Shown: positions 7,941-17,731 of the stretch, piece after piece
How the letters are laid out: the number at the start of each line of letters is the position of its first letter
Numbering within the stretch: the stretch's first letter is position 1
Origin: Alphaproteobacteria bacterium
GTDB lineage: Bacteria; Pseudomonadota; Alphaproteobacteria; RF32; CAG-239
DNA length: 64,000 nucleotides
Assembly (NCBI GenBank): GCA_016283295.1
Contig: JAEEMQ010000049.1
Coordinates: 1,811-65,810, forward strand
Direction of reading: 5' to 3'
Translations under genes and position numbers: made by a program
Notes under the pieces: generated by a model
The model's database searches: none
What the model saw: the letters and a program-made list of their open reading frames with translations, nothing else
Told to the model about the DNA's origin: nothing

Positions 7941-9566
7941 CTATCTGCCGCGTGAACCGGTACGGATACGAACCATCGGCCGCACCTGTGTCTGCATCGT
8001 ATCGGCAAAATTTTTGCCGGCGGTAACGCTGTTTACCGTATCGCAAACCGTTTTGGCATTATTCAAATCTTCAATTTTCAGGGCATAACTGGCGCCGATA
8101 TGAATATCTTCCAAATTAATTGAATTTTCGCCGTTGCCGTTAAGTTCGATTTCACCCAAAAACACCATGGCGCGGATATTGGCACGCTTTTGCAAAGCCG
8201 GAACTTCCTTGCCGCGCGAGTGAATATATGATGCAAGCCGCGTGGCAACACGCTCTCTGGCTTCCGGTGTTTTGGTCAGGGCATAAGCATTAAGCTCGTA
8301 TCCCAAATTTGAGAGCACCGGTTTTTTCGGCGAATCGCTGCTTTTTCTGACCAACACATCTTTAGGAAGAACTTTACTGATAGAATCTCTTTCGGCTTTG
8401 TTCAAGAAATACAATGACGGAACAACCTTATTTTCAAAATGCTTGCCCTGATATGTGACGCTGTCGTTTTTGTGCGCCAGCAACTCGCTGACCTTTTGCT
8501 GTTGAGCCGGGTTTAAGAGGTACCATGCCGGAACGCCGGAGAGCGTATAATCATTTTCGGCAACATATCCGGAGTAGCGAATCGTGCTGTCGTTAACCTG
8601 TTTCATATTCCATTTTTCCGGCATCAGCTGAACGGCATAAGGTGCAGACGAACTCTCTTTGAGCGCCTTTTGTCGCAGCAGCATATCGCAAATATCCCGG
8701 CGTTGTTCTTCATTGCAGATAGACCATTTTTCCTCGTATTCCGGATTTGATTTATAACCTTTGGTCAGGCAGTTGTTGTTATACAACGAAGTTAACGCCG
8801 TCCGACACGCAACTCCCAAATTGTGCCACTCCGGCAAACTGCTCAAACTGTAAGTTCGGTTCTGATAAACAACGCTTTGATTTTGTTGCGCTAATTTGTT
8901 GGCAACCTCTTGCCGCTGTCTTTCACTCAGCTGCATAAATTTAGCGTCATATTCTTTTTTGTTGGAGAGAACTCCCTGCCCGCTGCCGGCATTCCAAAAC
9001 ATATCAACCAGCGCTATCTTTTGTTGTTTGTCCAGCAAAAACCATGTAGGCAGATATTTGGCTATACTCGGCACAATATGCTGCCGGAAATAGTCTCTGA
9101 AATAAAACATCAGCTCGGCTTCATCTTTTATCCGATCGCCGCAACGCACCGGTTTGCCGTTAGGGTGTTTGATATTGCCGAAACCGATGGTCCACTTTCG
9201 GGCAACCCTGTCCCAATAAGCGTTCATCTTGATATTTTCAAAATGAGCGATAAAACGTACCGCATCGTGCTCTATCTCGGCAATCGATTGATAAATTTTT
9301 TCCTGCAGAACACTGTCATTTTGCGTTGCGGTAGCCTGCACCGCTTTAAGCGCTTCGAGATAGGCCACATCTTTTTCGGTAACAATATGATTTGATACCA
9401 TATCTTCCGCCGGCACATATTCGGCCGCGGCTTTATACGACGAATCCGTCACCTGTGCCTTTTCTTTATTAAGCTCAGGCGAATCCGGCTGTGCCTTGGC
9501 CTTGAGAGTGGCGGCAACAGCTAACGTTACGGCAATATATTTGGCATATCCGAAATCCATATCCAT
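7941..9566 (-). CDS. Secreted GH24-type lysozyme with C-terminal repeat modules
   Basis: Signal-like MDMDFGYAKYIAVTLAVAATLKAKAQ. Catalytic pattern FEN..AYWDRVARKWTIGFGN (E-D-T) and IALVDMFWNAGSG. Three related C-terminal modules are present. Start chosen at Met23 of the tracked ORF. Confidence 0.7.
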   Translation of the reverse strand: MDMDFGYAKYIAVTLAVAATLKAKAQPDSPELNKEKAQVTDSSYKAAAEYVPAEDMVSNHIVTEKDVAYLEALKAVQATATQNDSVLQEKIYQSIAEIEHDAVRFIAHFENIKMNAYWDRVARKWTIGFGNIKHPNGKPVRCGDRIKDEAELMFYFRDYFRQHIVPSIAKYLPTWFLLDKQQKIALVDMFWNAGSGQGVLSNKKEYDAKFMQLSERQRQEVANKLAQQNQSVVYQNRTYSLSSLPEWHNLGVACRTALTSLYNNNCLTKGYKSNPEYEEKWSICNEEQRRDICDMLLRQKALKESSSAPYAVQLMPEKWNMKQVNDSTIRYSGYVAENDYTLSGVPAWYLLNPAQQQKVSELLAHKNDSVTYQGKHFENKVVPSLYFLNKAERDSISKVLPKDVLVRKSSDSPKKPVLSNLGYELNAYALTKTPEARERVATRLASYIHSRGKEVPALQKRANIRAMVFLGEIELNGNGENSINLEDIHIGASYALKIEDLNNAKTVCDTVNSVTAGKNFADTMQTQVRPMVRIRTGSRGR

Positions 9567-9705
9567 CCCCTTTTTGTCAAAAATAGCACATCCAACAATT
9601 AAAAGCAAGTTTTTTTCATTACAAACCTGCAAAAAAATATCCGCTTGAATTTTTCCGCAAATGTTTTATAAACAATTTGTATTCAACATAGCGGAGAAAG
9701 CAAAA

Positions 9706-10230
9706 ATGAGTTTAACCGATATTGAAAAATCCATTCGCAATATTCCGGATTATCCGAAGCCGGGAGTGCAATTCAAAGACATTACCACCGCGATGAAAAA
9801 TCCACAGGTTTTTAAGGAAATCATCGATATGATGGCGGCGCACTTCGCCGACAAAAAGATTGATTATGTGGTCGGAATTGATGCCCGCGGGTTTATTTTC
9901 GGCGCGGTATTAGCATATCAACTCGGTTGCGGTTTTATACCGGTGCGCAAACCGGGCAAACTGCCGGCGGATACAATCGCCGAAGAATATGCTTTGGAAT
10001 ACGGCACGGATAAACTCGAAATTCATAAAGACGCATTAAAGAACGGCGACCGAGTGGTAATTGTCGACGATTTGGTTGCCATCGGCGGTACGGCCGAAGC
10101 CGCGGCAAAATTGGTTAAGCGCCTCGGTGCCGACATTGTATCTTTTGCTTTTGCAATTGAATTGGTCGCGCTCAAAGGGCGGGATAAATTGTTGCCTTTT
10201 GCCGATGTTTATTCGCTGGTTAAATTCTAA
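9706..10230 (+). CDS. apt: Adenine phosphoribosyltransferase
   Basis: DYPKPGVQFKDIT and PRPP motif VVIVDDLVAIGGTAEA. Start chosen at Met16 of the tracked ORF. Confidence 0.9.
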   Translation: MSLTDIEKSIRNIPDYPKPGVQFKDITTAMKNPQVFKEIIDMMAAHFADKKIDYVVGIDARGFIFGAVLAYQLGCGFIPVRKPGKLPADTIAEEYALEYGTDKLEIHKDALKNGDRVVIVDDLVAIGGTAEAAAKLVKRLGADIVSFAFAIELVALKGRDKLLPFADVYSLVKF

Positions 10231-12260
10231 ATCATACCGGTTTTGAACAAATTATAATATTTATACACCGAGCCGCCGTCACAGGACCAGCTGAAGTCGT
10301 CTTTCATGGCTTGCTGTTGCATTTTATGCATAATTTCCGGCGCCGTATAATAACAGCGAATCGCCTTATCCAACACATCTTCATAAGCGTTTAAGTTATT
10401 TTGCAAACGTTGCGCCGCCGCGTTGCTGCCGTAGATTTTTTCTTTGCCGGCAAAAAATGCTTCGGTGCGAAAACCGTCAACTCCGTCATTTATGGTATCG
10501 ACCAAACCGCCGGTAGAAGTGGCAATCGGCAGAGTACCTTTGGCCATCGCCTCCATCTGAGTCAATCCGCACGGCTCGAAATACGACGGCATCATATAAA
10601 AATCGGCCGCCAACTGCACCGAATAAGCAAACTCGTCTTTATAACCGCGAAACACGAAAATACGCTTGGCAAAATCGCGGAACATTTGTTTGGCGTTGTC
10701 TTTGAGCATCATCAAATCGCTGTATAAATCCTTGTTGCCGGCGCCGCCCAAAATGAAAATCGGGAAATTATCCGGCGAATTTTTATAACGATCAATAATG
10801 TGCAAAATCGCGTGAATGGCCATATCGTAGCCCTTTTGCTCCACCATACGGCTGGTCATGCAGATAATCGGAATTTTATCCACCTCGCCGCTCAGCGAAG
10901 CAATATCGTCAAACTTATACAAATCAACCAGCGGAATCGTCTTATCTTTGTATTCGGCATCGGTAGCCAGACGCGAAAGCAGTTTCATACATTCGCGCTT
11001 GTTATGCAATTTAACGTTCAGACTTTTTTCATCATAAAACTTAAAATCGGTAATTTTGAAAAAGTCGTTTATTTCGCTGATTTTTTGTTTGTTCGGCGAA
11101 ATCAGGCGTTTTTCATAACCGTTGACAATCCCGAAAAACGTACGGTAATTTTTGCGAATCTTCAAAATATCGCGAAAATCGAAACCGAAACTTTTTTCAT
11201 TGGAAACTTCTTCCATATAATTTTTGGAAACCGTGATAATGCGGTCGGCCAAATGCATATTGCCGGAGGCCTGATTATATGTATCGCTGACAATCAGGGT
11301 GTTTTGCGTGCGCGCGTTGCTGTTTTTGACCGCCTTGGCATTTTTCAAAACCAAGGTCGCCAAATCTTCATACAGCGAATTAAGTATGCGCGAAGTATTG
11401 TCATAATCCCAACCCTGATAGCCCATGTGGTGCGCAATGTGAATAATCGGAATATCTTTGATTTTATCGGCATTTTCACGCGTCATTTTGCCGATAAACA
11501 CTTTGGCTAGAGTCAAATATTTGGTTAAGCCGGAAAGTGCGCCGCTGTGCCAGTCGTTGGCTATTAAGATGTTAGGCAAAACCCACTCTTTGTTTTTGGC
11601 GGATAAGGCCGTTTCCAACATGGTATACACTACCTTGGAAAAGAAGGCGAAACGCTCAACCTCGTCGACGTTATCGGCATTCAACACATAACATCCGGTT
11701 TGCCCCGAAGGATTTTTCGGCGCCGGATTAATCCCGAAGAATCTGTCGTTGCGCAAAAAGTAATAGGTTACGCCGTTGAATTTGCCTTCGTATATTTCAA
11801 CATCAAAACTGCGCAATTTGTATTTGCCGGCAAACAGCATTTTTATGGTTTTAATCAGCTTAACCGGCACCGATTTACCCTCGGCACCGTAATACACGCC
11901 GTCGATCAACTCGGCTTTTTTCTTGCCGGTATCACCCAAATACATCGGAGTAATAATGCTGATGGAATGCCCTTCTTTGCCGAATACGGTATTAAAATTT
12001 TCCGGCAGTTCGGAGGCCACCATTCCCAACCCGCCGCACTTCATAAACGTTGCGGTTTCGGCGCTTATCATCCAAGCGTTGATTTTATCTATCCGCGGCC
12101 ATTCGGTGTTGTTCAAACACTGTTTTTTTGCCATATTTTGGATTTCTGCAAGAATGTCGTTTTTCGGGACACCGTAATTTATTATATATTTTTTCTTATT
12201 AAAATTCGTCGGTAAAAACTCAAAAACTTTACGTCCCGAACCGATAACAACTGCACACAT
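10227..12260 (-). CDS. glgA: Glycogen/starch synthase-like GT5 glycosyltransferase, unusually long
   Basis: K-x-GGL motif (FMKCGGLGMV) and C-terminal PSYFEPCGLTQMEAM. Start is uncertain: candidates at 12332 (TTG), 12260 and 12164. Confidence 0.7.
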   Translation of the reverse strand: MCAVVIGSGRKVFEFLPTNFNKKKYIINYGVPKNDILAEIQNMAKKQCLNNTEWPRIDKINAWMISAETATFMKCGGLGMVASELPENFNTVFGKEGHSISIITPMYLGDTGKKKAELIDGVYYGAEGKSVPVKLIKTIKMLFAGKYKLRSFDVEIYEGKFNGVTYYFLRNDRFFGINPAPKNPSGQTGCYVLNADNVDEVERFAFFSKVVYTMLETALSAKNKEWVLPNILIANDWHSGALSGLTKYLTLAKVFIGKMTRENADKIKDIPIIHIAHHMGYQGWDYDNTSRILNSLYEDLATLVLKNAKAVKNSNARTQNTLIVSDTYNQASGNMHLADRIITVSKNYMEEVSNEKSFGFDFRDILKIRKNYRTFFGIVNGYEKRLISPNKQKISEINDFFKITDFKFYDEKSLNVKLHNKRECMKLLSRLATDAEYKDKTIPLVDLYKFDDIASLSGEVDKIPIICMTSRMVEQKGYDMAIHAILHIIDRYKNSPDNFPIFILGGAGNKDLYSDLMMLKDNAKQMFRDFAKRIFVFRGYKDEFAYSVQLAADFYMMPSYFEPCGLTQMEAMAKGTLPIATSTGGLVDTINDGVDGFRTEAFFAGKEKIYGSNAAAQRLQNNLNAYEDVLDKAIRCYYTAPEIMHKMQQQAMKDDFSWSCDGGSVYKYYNLFKTGMI

Positions 12261-12343
12261 ATCCTGCCTTTCCACATCCAAAATGATATTATTGCGAATC
12301 AATATATACCTTTTCTTTATAACCTTCAACAAAAAAAACGGCT

Positions 12344-12372
12344 CTTGACTTATGAAATATTAACCACTAAGT
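12344..12372 (+). promoter_or_regulatory. Candidate sigma-32 (RpoH) promoter of grpE
   Basis: CTTGAC, about 15 nt, then CCACTAAGT. The E. coli-type consensus is CTTGAA-N13-15-CCCCATnT. Confidence 0.35.
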
Positions 12373-12413
12373 TTTATAATATATGATATGATGTTTTTAT
12401 ACAGAGGGAAATC

Positions 12414-12983
12414 ATGACTAAAGATAAAAAATTCAAACAGCCGGAAGTTGAAGACGAGGAGCCGAATATCGAACCGGAACAGGTAGAGGAAAACACCGAG
12501 GAAACCGAACAGCCGGAAGATGAACTGGCCGTTTTGGCTGCGGAAAATGCCAAGCTTAAAGATGCCTATTTGCGCGCTTGTGCCGAATCCGAAAACGTGA
12601 AAAAACGTTGCCAGCAGGAAATTGAAAAAAATACCAAATTCGCCCTGTCCGCGTTTGCCAAAGATTTGTTGACCGTTGCCGATAATCTGCATCGGGCAAT
12701 TACTTCCGTCAATAACGAACAAAAAGAACAGTGCCGTCCGTTGTTGGAAGGCGTGGAAATGACGCAAAGCGAGCTTTCCAAAATTTTTGCCAAGTTCGGA
12801 ATTAAAAAAATCGATAGTTTGGATAAAGTTTTTGACCCTAACTTTGAACAGGTGGTGCAGGAAATCGAGGACCCTTCAAAGCCGGCGGGAACGGTTATTG
12901 CCGAGCTGCAATCGGGATATTTGCTGAACGACCGTATTTTGCGCGAAGCCATGGTAATCGTCACCAAGGGCGGGAAAAAATAA
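12414..12983 (+). CDS. grpE: Nucleotide exchange factor GrpE
   Basis: Acidic N-terminus, coiled coil, and C-terminal GYLLNDRILREAMVIV. Confidence 0.9.
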   Translation: MTKDKKFKQPEVEDEEPNIEPEQVEENTEETEQPEDELAVLAAENAKLKDAYLRACAESENVKKRCQQEIEKNTKFALSAFAKDLLTVADNLHRAITSVNNEQKEQCRPLLEGVEMTQSELSKIFAKFGIKKIDSLDKVFDPNFEQVVQEIEDPSKPAGTVIAELQSGYLLNDRILREAMVIVTKGGKK

Positions 12984-13093
12984 TTTTCGGGCCTTTTTCT
13001 CAATAAAGTACGGCGGTTTTTGCGCTCATTTTACGTGGTATATCTTGCAAATATTTATTTTATTCTGCAAAATATACCGCTATAATCGCGCCT

Positions 13094-14227
13094 ATGAGAA
13101 TATTAAACAGATATATCGCCAAACAAATCATTGTCGGCTTTTTGCTGATTGCTTTGTCGCTTTTGGCCATGTTGTGGCTGACGCAATCGCTCCGGTTTGT
13201 GGAAATGGTTACGCGCCAAGGGCTTCCGGTTTATTTGTTTGTGCAAATGACTTCGCTTTTAATGCCGCGCATTTTCAACGTGTTGTCGCCGATTGCGCTG
13301 TTTGTCGCCGTTTTGTTTGTGTATAATCGGATGATTGCCGACCGCGAATTGGTAGTTATGCAATCTTCCGGCATCAGCCCGTGGAAAAACGCGCAGGCTC
13401 CGCTCGTGGTGGGTTTGTTGCTGTCTTTGTTCGGGATTTATGTGATGAATGTCGGTATTCCGCAAGCCGAACAAAAGTTTCGCGAATTGGAGTGGCGGGT
13501 CAAAAACAATCTGACGCAGGCGGTGTTCCGTGAAGGCGAGTTTACGACTCTCAGCAACGGCATTACGGTTTTTATCGATAAGCACGAAAACGACGGTTCG
13601 GTTACCGGCATTTTTGTCAGCGACGAAAGCAAGCCGGATATCAAAGTTACGTTGACGGCGGAAAAAGGCCGCATGATTCAAACCAAGAAAGGACCGCGAA
13701 TTTTATTTATTAACGGCGTACGCCAGGAGATGAACAAAAAAACCTTTAAGTTCAACATGTTGTCGTTCTCGCGCTATTCGGCGGATTTTAACAGCGGCAG
13801 CGGGGCCAAACGCAAAGAGCAGACCGTGCGCGAAAAAAGTTTTTCCGAATTGATAAATGCCGCCGACGATAAAACTTTGTCGCCGCAAGATGTACGCAAA
13901 TATGTGGTTGAGGGACATCGCCGGGTTTTGTATCCGTTTTTCAATATGGTTTTGGCGCTGATTGCCTGTACCGGTCTTTTAATCAGCAACTTCAACCGGC
14001 GCGGACAAACCAAAATTATTGCCGTTGAAATCGTTTGTATGATTTTGGTGGTCGGCAACGATTTGGCACTTACCAACCTGGCCGGGCGCTCGCTTTATTT
14101 TGTGCCGGCCCTTTACGCCAACTGTATTTTGCCGTTTTTGATTTGTCTTTATCTGTTGTTGTTTTATAACCCTTTCTACTTCTATCGCCGCGGTGCTGGT
14201 AAGGATTTGAAATATGCGGATAAATAA
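13094..14227 (+). CDS. lptF: LPS export ABC permease, LptF/LptG family (more LptF-like)
   Basis: Six-TM YjgP/YjgQ architecture with a periplasmic beta-jellyroll segment (GEFTTLSNGITVFIDK..). Lies immediately upstream of lptD. The F versus G assignment is uncertain. Confidence 0.7.
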   Translation: MRILNRYIAKQIIVGFLLIALSLLAMLWLTQSLRFVEMVTRQGLPVYLFVQMTSLLMPRIFNVLSPIALFVAVLFVYNRMIADRELVVMQSSGISPWKNAQAPLVVGLLLSLFGIYVMNVGIPQAEQKFRELEWRVKNNLTQAVFREGEFTTLSNGITVFIDKHENDGSVTGIFVSDESKPDIKVTLTAEKGRMIQTKKGPRILFINGVRQEMNKKTFKFNMLSFSRYSADFNSGSGAKRKEQTVREKSFSELINAADDKTLSPQDVRKYVVEGHRRVLYPFFNMVLALIACTGLLISNFNRRGQTKIIAVEIVCMILVVGNDLALTNLAGRSLYFVPALYANCILPFLICLYLLLFYNPFYFYRRGAGKDLKYADK

Positions 14228-16517
14228 ACTTGAATTTATGATGGTTTTAGCAATTTTACTGCTGTCGGGGCTGCCGGCATCGGCCGTAACCGAGGCGGGA
14301 GAAGTTATGCGGCAGGAAAAGAAAAATCCCGGCGCCACGTTATTTGTCACCAACGATATTACGAATATCGGCTCGATTACCGCCGACGAAACTTCGTCCG
14401 ACGAGGGTGATGAAGCCATAGATTTTTCCGCCAATGAAATGATTAATGACGACGAAACGCAAATCATCACCGCGCGCGGTAATGTCGAGGTTTTATATAA
14501 CGGTATGCGGATGACCACCGACAAAATCGTTTATGATCAAAATGCCGACACGCTGACGGCAATCGGTAACGTCAAAATGTATACGGCCGACGGTGCCGTA
14601 ATCGACAGCGACCTCGTTTCCTTATCGGATAATATGTCGGTCGGCGCCATGAATAACGTCAAGGTTTTGATGCGGGATAAATCGCACGTCACGGCCGATT
14701 ATTTCGTGAAAAAGAACAATCATACCAAAGTTATGCGTAATGCCACCTACACGGCTTGCGACATCTGCGAGGGGAAAAGTCCGTTATGGCATATCAGCGC
14801 CAAAAAAGTGCAGCATCAGGAAGACGATAAAAACGTGTATTATAATCACGCTCTGGTTTATTTTAAGTATGTTCCGTTCTTTTATACGCCGTTTTTGACT
14901 CACCCTGACCCTACGGTAAAGCGCCGCTCCGGTTTGTTAGCGCCGACCATCGGCAGTTCCAACTATTTGGGTGCTTATTTCCAACCGCGTTTCTTCTGGG
15001 CCGTAGATGATCAGACCAATGTTTTGTTTGCGCCTATTTATTCCTCCAAAAAAGATTTTGTGTGGGCCGGCAGTTTTTCGCATTATTTTTATAACTCATT
15101 CATAAATGTCAGCGGCTCATATTTGGAGGATAAATCCGGCAAAAACGACAGCCTTTCCAAACATCGCCCGAAACACCGCGGAAATATTTTTGCCGACGGT
15201 TTGACCGACATCAACGAAAATTGGCGCGTTCTGTATAATCTGAAATATGTTTCCGATTACATTTATCTCAAAGATATGGATTTGCAATATCAGGACGATG
15301 CGTGGCTTGTTTCCGATGTTAAGTTCGAGCGCTTTTCGGGGCGGGACTATGCTTCGATAGAGGCCTATTATTACAAAATTCTCAGTTATAACCTGCACCA
15401 ACGCAACGTACGGCAATTTGATGCGCTCGATAAGCGCAAGCCGATTGTCGCTCCGTTGATTGAAGCGGAATTTTATTCCGACCCGCTGCAATGGGGTTCT
15501 TATTTGAAAAACGACTTCAGTACCGCCTCGGTTTATCATCAAAACGGAGCGCAGACGCAACGAGTAACTTCCATCAACGCCTGGGAGCTGCCGCTTACCA
15601 CTTCCTTTGGCGATAAATATCGTTTCGTTACCTCGCTCAAATCGGATGCATACTATGTCAATCGCTACCAATACAGCAATCCGCAGACCTATACCGGCAC
15701 CACAGCGCGGTTCTTCCCGCAGGCCGGAGTGGAATGGCATTTGCCTTTTGTGCGGGCAACCTCAACTTCGCGACAGATTGTTGAGCCGGTAATCGTCGGC
15801 GTGGTTTCTCCGGACGGCGGCAATAAAGTCGAGAAAATCCCGAATGAAGACAGCGAAAACGTTTATTTGGATGATACCAACGTTTTGGATTTGGACCGCT
15901 ATGCCGGCTACGACCGCAACGATACGGGAAGCCGCGTAAGCTACGGTTTGCGTTGGAACTCTTACGGTAATTTCTTCGGCCGTACCTCCGCCTTTATTGC
16001 CCAAAGCTTTGAACGCAACCGCAACGCCAGTTTTATTCAGGGCCTGGATAATCAGGATGCAACGCATTTCAGCGATTTGGTCGGGCGCATCAATGCATCT
16101 CCGAACAAATATTTGGATTTAAACTATCGCTTCCGTCTTGATAAAAATAATTTAAACGCTAAATACAGCGAATTGGGGGCAAACATCGGTCCGGCGCTGT
16201 TAAAGCTCAACGTTTCGTACATCTTTTTGCAGGGCAATACTCACTACATCGACAGATATTCGGAACGTAAAGAGCTCTATACTTCGCTCAGTTCCGAAAT
16301 TACGGAAAATTGGAAAGTTTCCATCTATAATTTGGAGGATTTAACCAAACAACGCCGCGGGCGTTTGGAACACGGCGGCTCGGTCACTTATGACGACGAG
16401 TGTTTTACTTGGGATTTAACCTTCAGAAAATTAAATACGAGTAACCCGAACTTGGATAATGATTATGAGTTCGGTCTGACATTTTACCTGAAAACCGTGG
16501 GCGGTTTCGGTTCATAA
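14214..16517 (+). CDS. lptD: LPS assembly outer membrane protein LptD
   Basis: Signal peptide, an OstA-like N-terminal domain (YDQNADTLTAIGNVKM) and a large C-terminal barrel. Synteny with surA and rsmA. Confidence 0.9.
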   Translation: MRINKLEFMMVLAILLLSGLPASAVTEAGEVMRQEKKNPGATLFVTNDITNIGSITADETSSDEGDEAIDFSANEMINDDETQIITARGNVEVLYNGMRMTTDKIVYDQNADTLTAIGNVKMYTADGAVIDSDLVSLSDNMSVGAMNNVKVLMRDKSHVTADYFVKKNNHTKVMRNATYTACDICEGKSPLWHISAKKVQHQEDDKNVYYNHALVYFKYVPFFYTPFLTHPDPTVKRRSGLLAPTIGSSNYLGAYFQPRFFWAVDDQTNVLFAPIYSSKKDFVWAGSFSHYFYNSFINVSGSYLEDKSGKNDSLSKHRPKHRGNIFADGLTDINENWRVLYNLKYVSDYIYLKDMDLQYQDDAWLVSDVKFERFSGRDYASIEAYYYKILSYNLHQRNVRQFDALDKRKPIVAPLIEAEFYSDPLQWGSYLKNDFSTASVYHQNGAQTQRVTSINAWELPLTTSFGDKYRFVTSLKSDAYYVNRYQYSNPQTYTGTTARFFPQAGVEWHLPFVRATSTSRQIVEPVIVGVVSPDGGNKVEKIPNEDSENVYLDDTNVLDLDRYAGYDRNDTGSRVSYGLRWNSYGNFFGRTSAFIAQSFERNRNASFIQGLDNQDATHFSDLVGRINASPNKYLDLNYRFRLDKNNLNAKYSELGANIGPALLKLNVSYIFLQGNTHYIDRYSERKELYTSLSSEITENWKVSIYNLEDLTKQRRGRLEHGGSVTYDDECFTWDLTFRKLNTSNPNLDNDYEFGLTFYLKTVGGFGS

Positions 16518-16531
16518 AAATAGGAGAGAAA

Positions 16532-17731
16532 ATGAAAAAAACAATTATCTTTTTTGCAGTATTTTTTACCTGTATTTCCGTAGCGAAAGCAGAAGATGTC
16601 AACTTAAAAGAAATCGATGCGGAATCGCGGGCATCGCAACCGAGCACCAATTCCATCATGTTCCGCCGCAATGCCGAACAATATAATATGATGTCCGACG
16701 AGCAAAAAGAAGAAATAGACAAGCAGCGCGAGATTATGCGGCAGCGGACCGAAGAATATATCAAGCAACAGGAAGAAGCGGCCCGGCGCCAAGCGCAATA
16801 CGAAGCGCAAATGCGCGCGGCAGAAGAAGCGGAACGCCGCCGTCAACAGGCTCTGCGGCCGATTACCCTCTACGGCAACAAGCTCAAAATATTCGCGCTC
16901 GTGAACGGCGAAGTTATCTCGAGCAACGATATGCAAAGCCGCATCAATGCTTTTATTCTGACCACCGGCATTCCGTATAATGCCCAAACCAAAAAAATGA
17001 TTACCGACCGCGTTTTGCAGGGGGCGATTGATGAAAAAATCAAACTACAGGAAGCTAAAAAGAATAAAATCCGCGTAACTACGCACGAAATCAATAAAGC
17101 GATTGAGGCTTTTGAACAAGGTAACGGTCTGCCGGCCGGCGAGCTGCGTAAAATTTTGGCCGAAGCCAACGTCAGTATGAAGGTGTGGGCAACGCAAATC
17201 GAAGCCGATATTGCTTGGAAAAAACTCATCAACAGCAAGGCATACAGCTACGTTTCCGTCAGCGAATCCGAAATAAATCGCGCCATCGACGAGGTTAAAA
17301 AAGATATGTCGCAACACAAGAAAATGGTTTCGGAAATCGTCATCAGCAAAAAAGATGCCAAAGAAATCAACTCTTTGGTGGCAACGCTGCGCCAAGATCC
17401 GCGTTTTGAACTTTACGCTTCGCAATTTTCGCAAAGCCCGAGTGCGGCCAACGGCGGACGTTTGGGCTGGGTTACCAAAGGCAAATTGCCGGATGTTTTT
17501 GAAAAAGCGCTGGATAAAATGAAGGAAGGCGACGTTTCCAACCCGATTGCTTACGGCAACGATTATTATATTCTGAAACTCGATAAAATTTTTGACCCGC
17601 AACGCGACGCCAAATCTTTCCCGAGCAAAAAAGAAATCCGCGCCTATCTGCAAAATAAAAAGCTGGAAGAATTCTCCATAAAATATTTGCGTGATTTGCG
17701 CAACAAAGCCCTGATTGAAAAGAAGATATGA
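16532..17731 (+). CDS. surA: SurA-like periplasmic chaperone / parvulin PPIase
   Basis: Signal peptide and a parvulin segment (ANGGRLGWVTKGKLPDVFEKAL). Sits between lptD and rsmA. Confidence 0.8.
   Translation: MKKTIIFFAVFFTCISVAKAEDVNLKEIDAESRASQPSTNSIMFRRNAEQYNMMSDEQKEEIDKQREIMRQRTEEYIKQQEEAARRQAQYEAQMRAAEEAERRRQQALRPITLYGNKLKIFALVNGEVISSNDMQSRINAFILTTGIPYNAQTKKMITDRVLQGAIDEKIKLQEAKKNKIRVTTHEINKAIEAFEQGNGLPAGELRKILAEANVSMKVWATQIEADIAWKKLINSKAYSYVSVSESEINRAIDEVKKDMSQHKKMVSEIVISKKDAKEINSLVATLRQDPRFELYASQFSQSPSAANGGRLGWVTKGKLPDVFEKALDKMKEGDVSNPIAYGNDYYILKLDKIFDPQRDAKSFPSKKEIRAYLQNKKLEEFSIKYLRDLRNKALIEKKI

Noticed and set aside
7941-9632. Prophage or lysis cassette around either lysozyme-like gene (also 53871..54962)
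   Set aside because: Neither gene has an adjacent holin, spanin, terminase, portal, capsid or integrase gene. The neighbours are housekeeping genes or small unknown ORFs.
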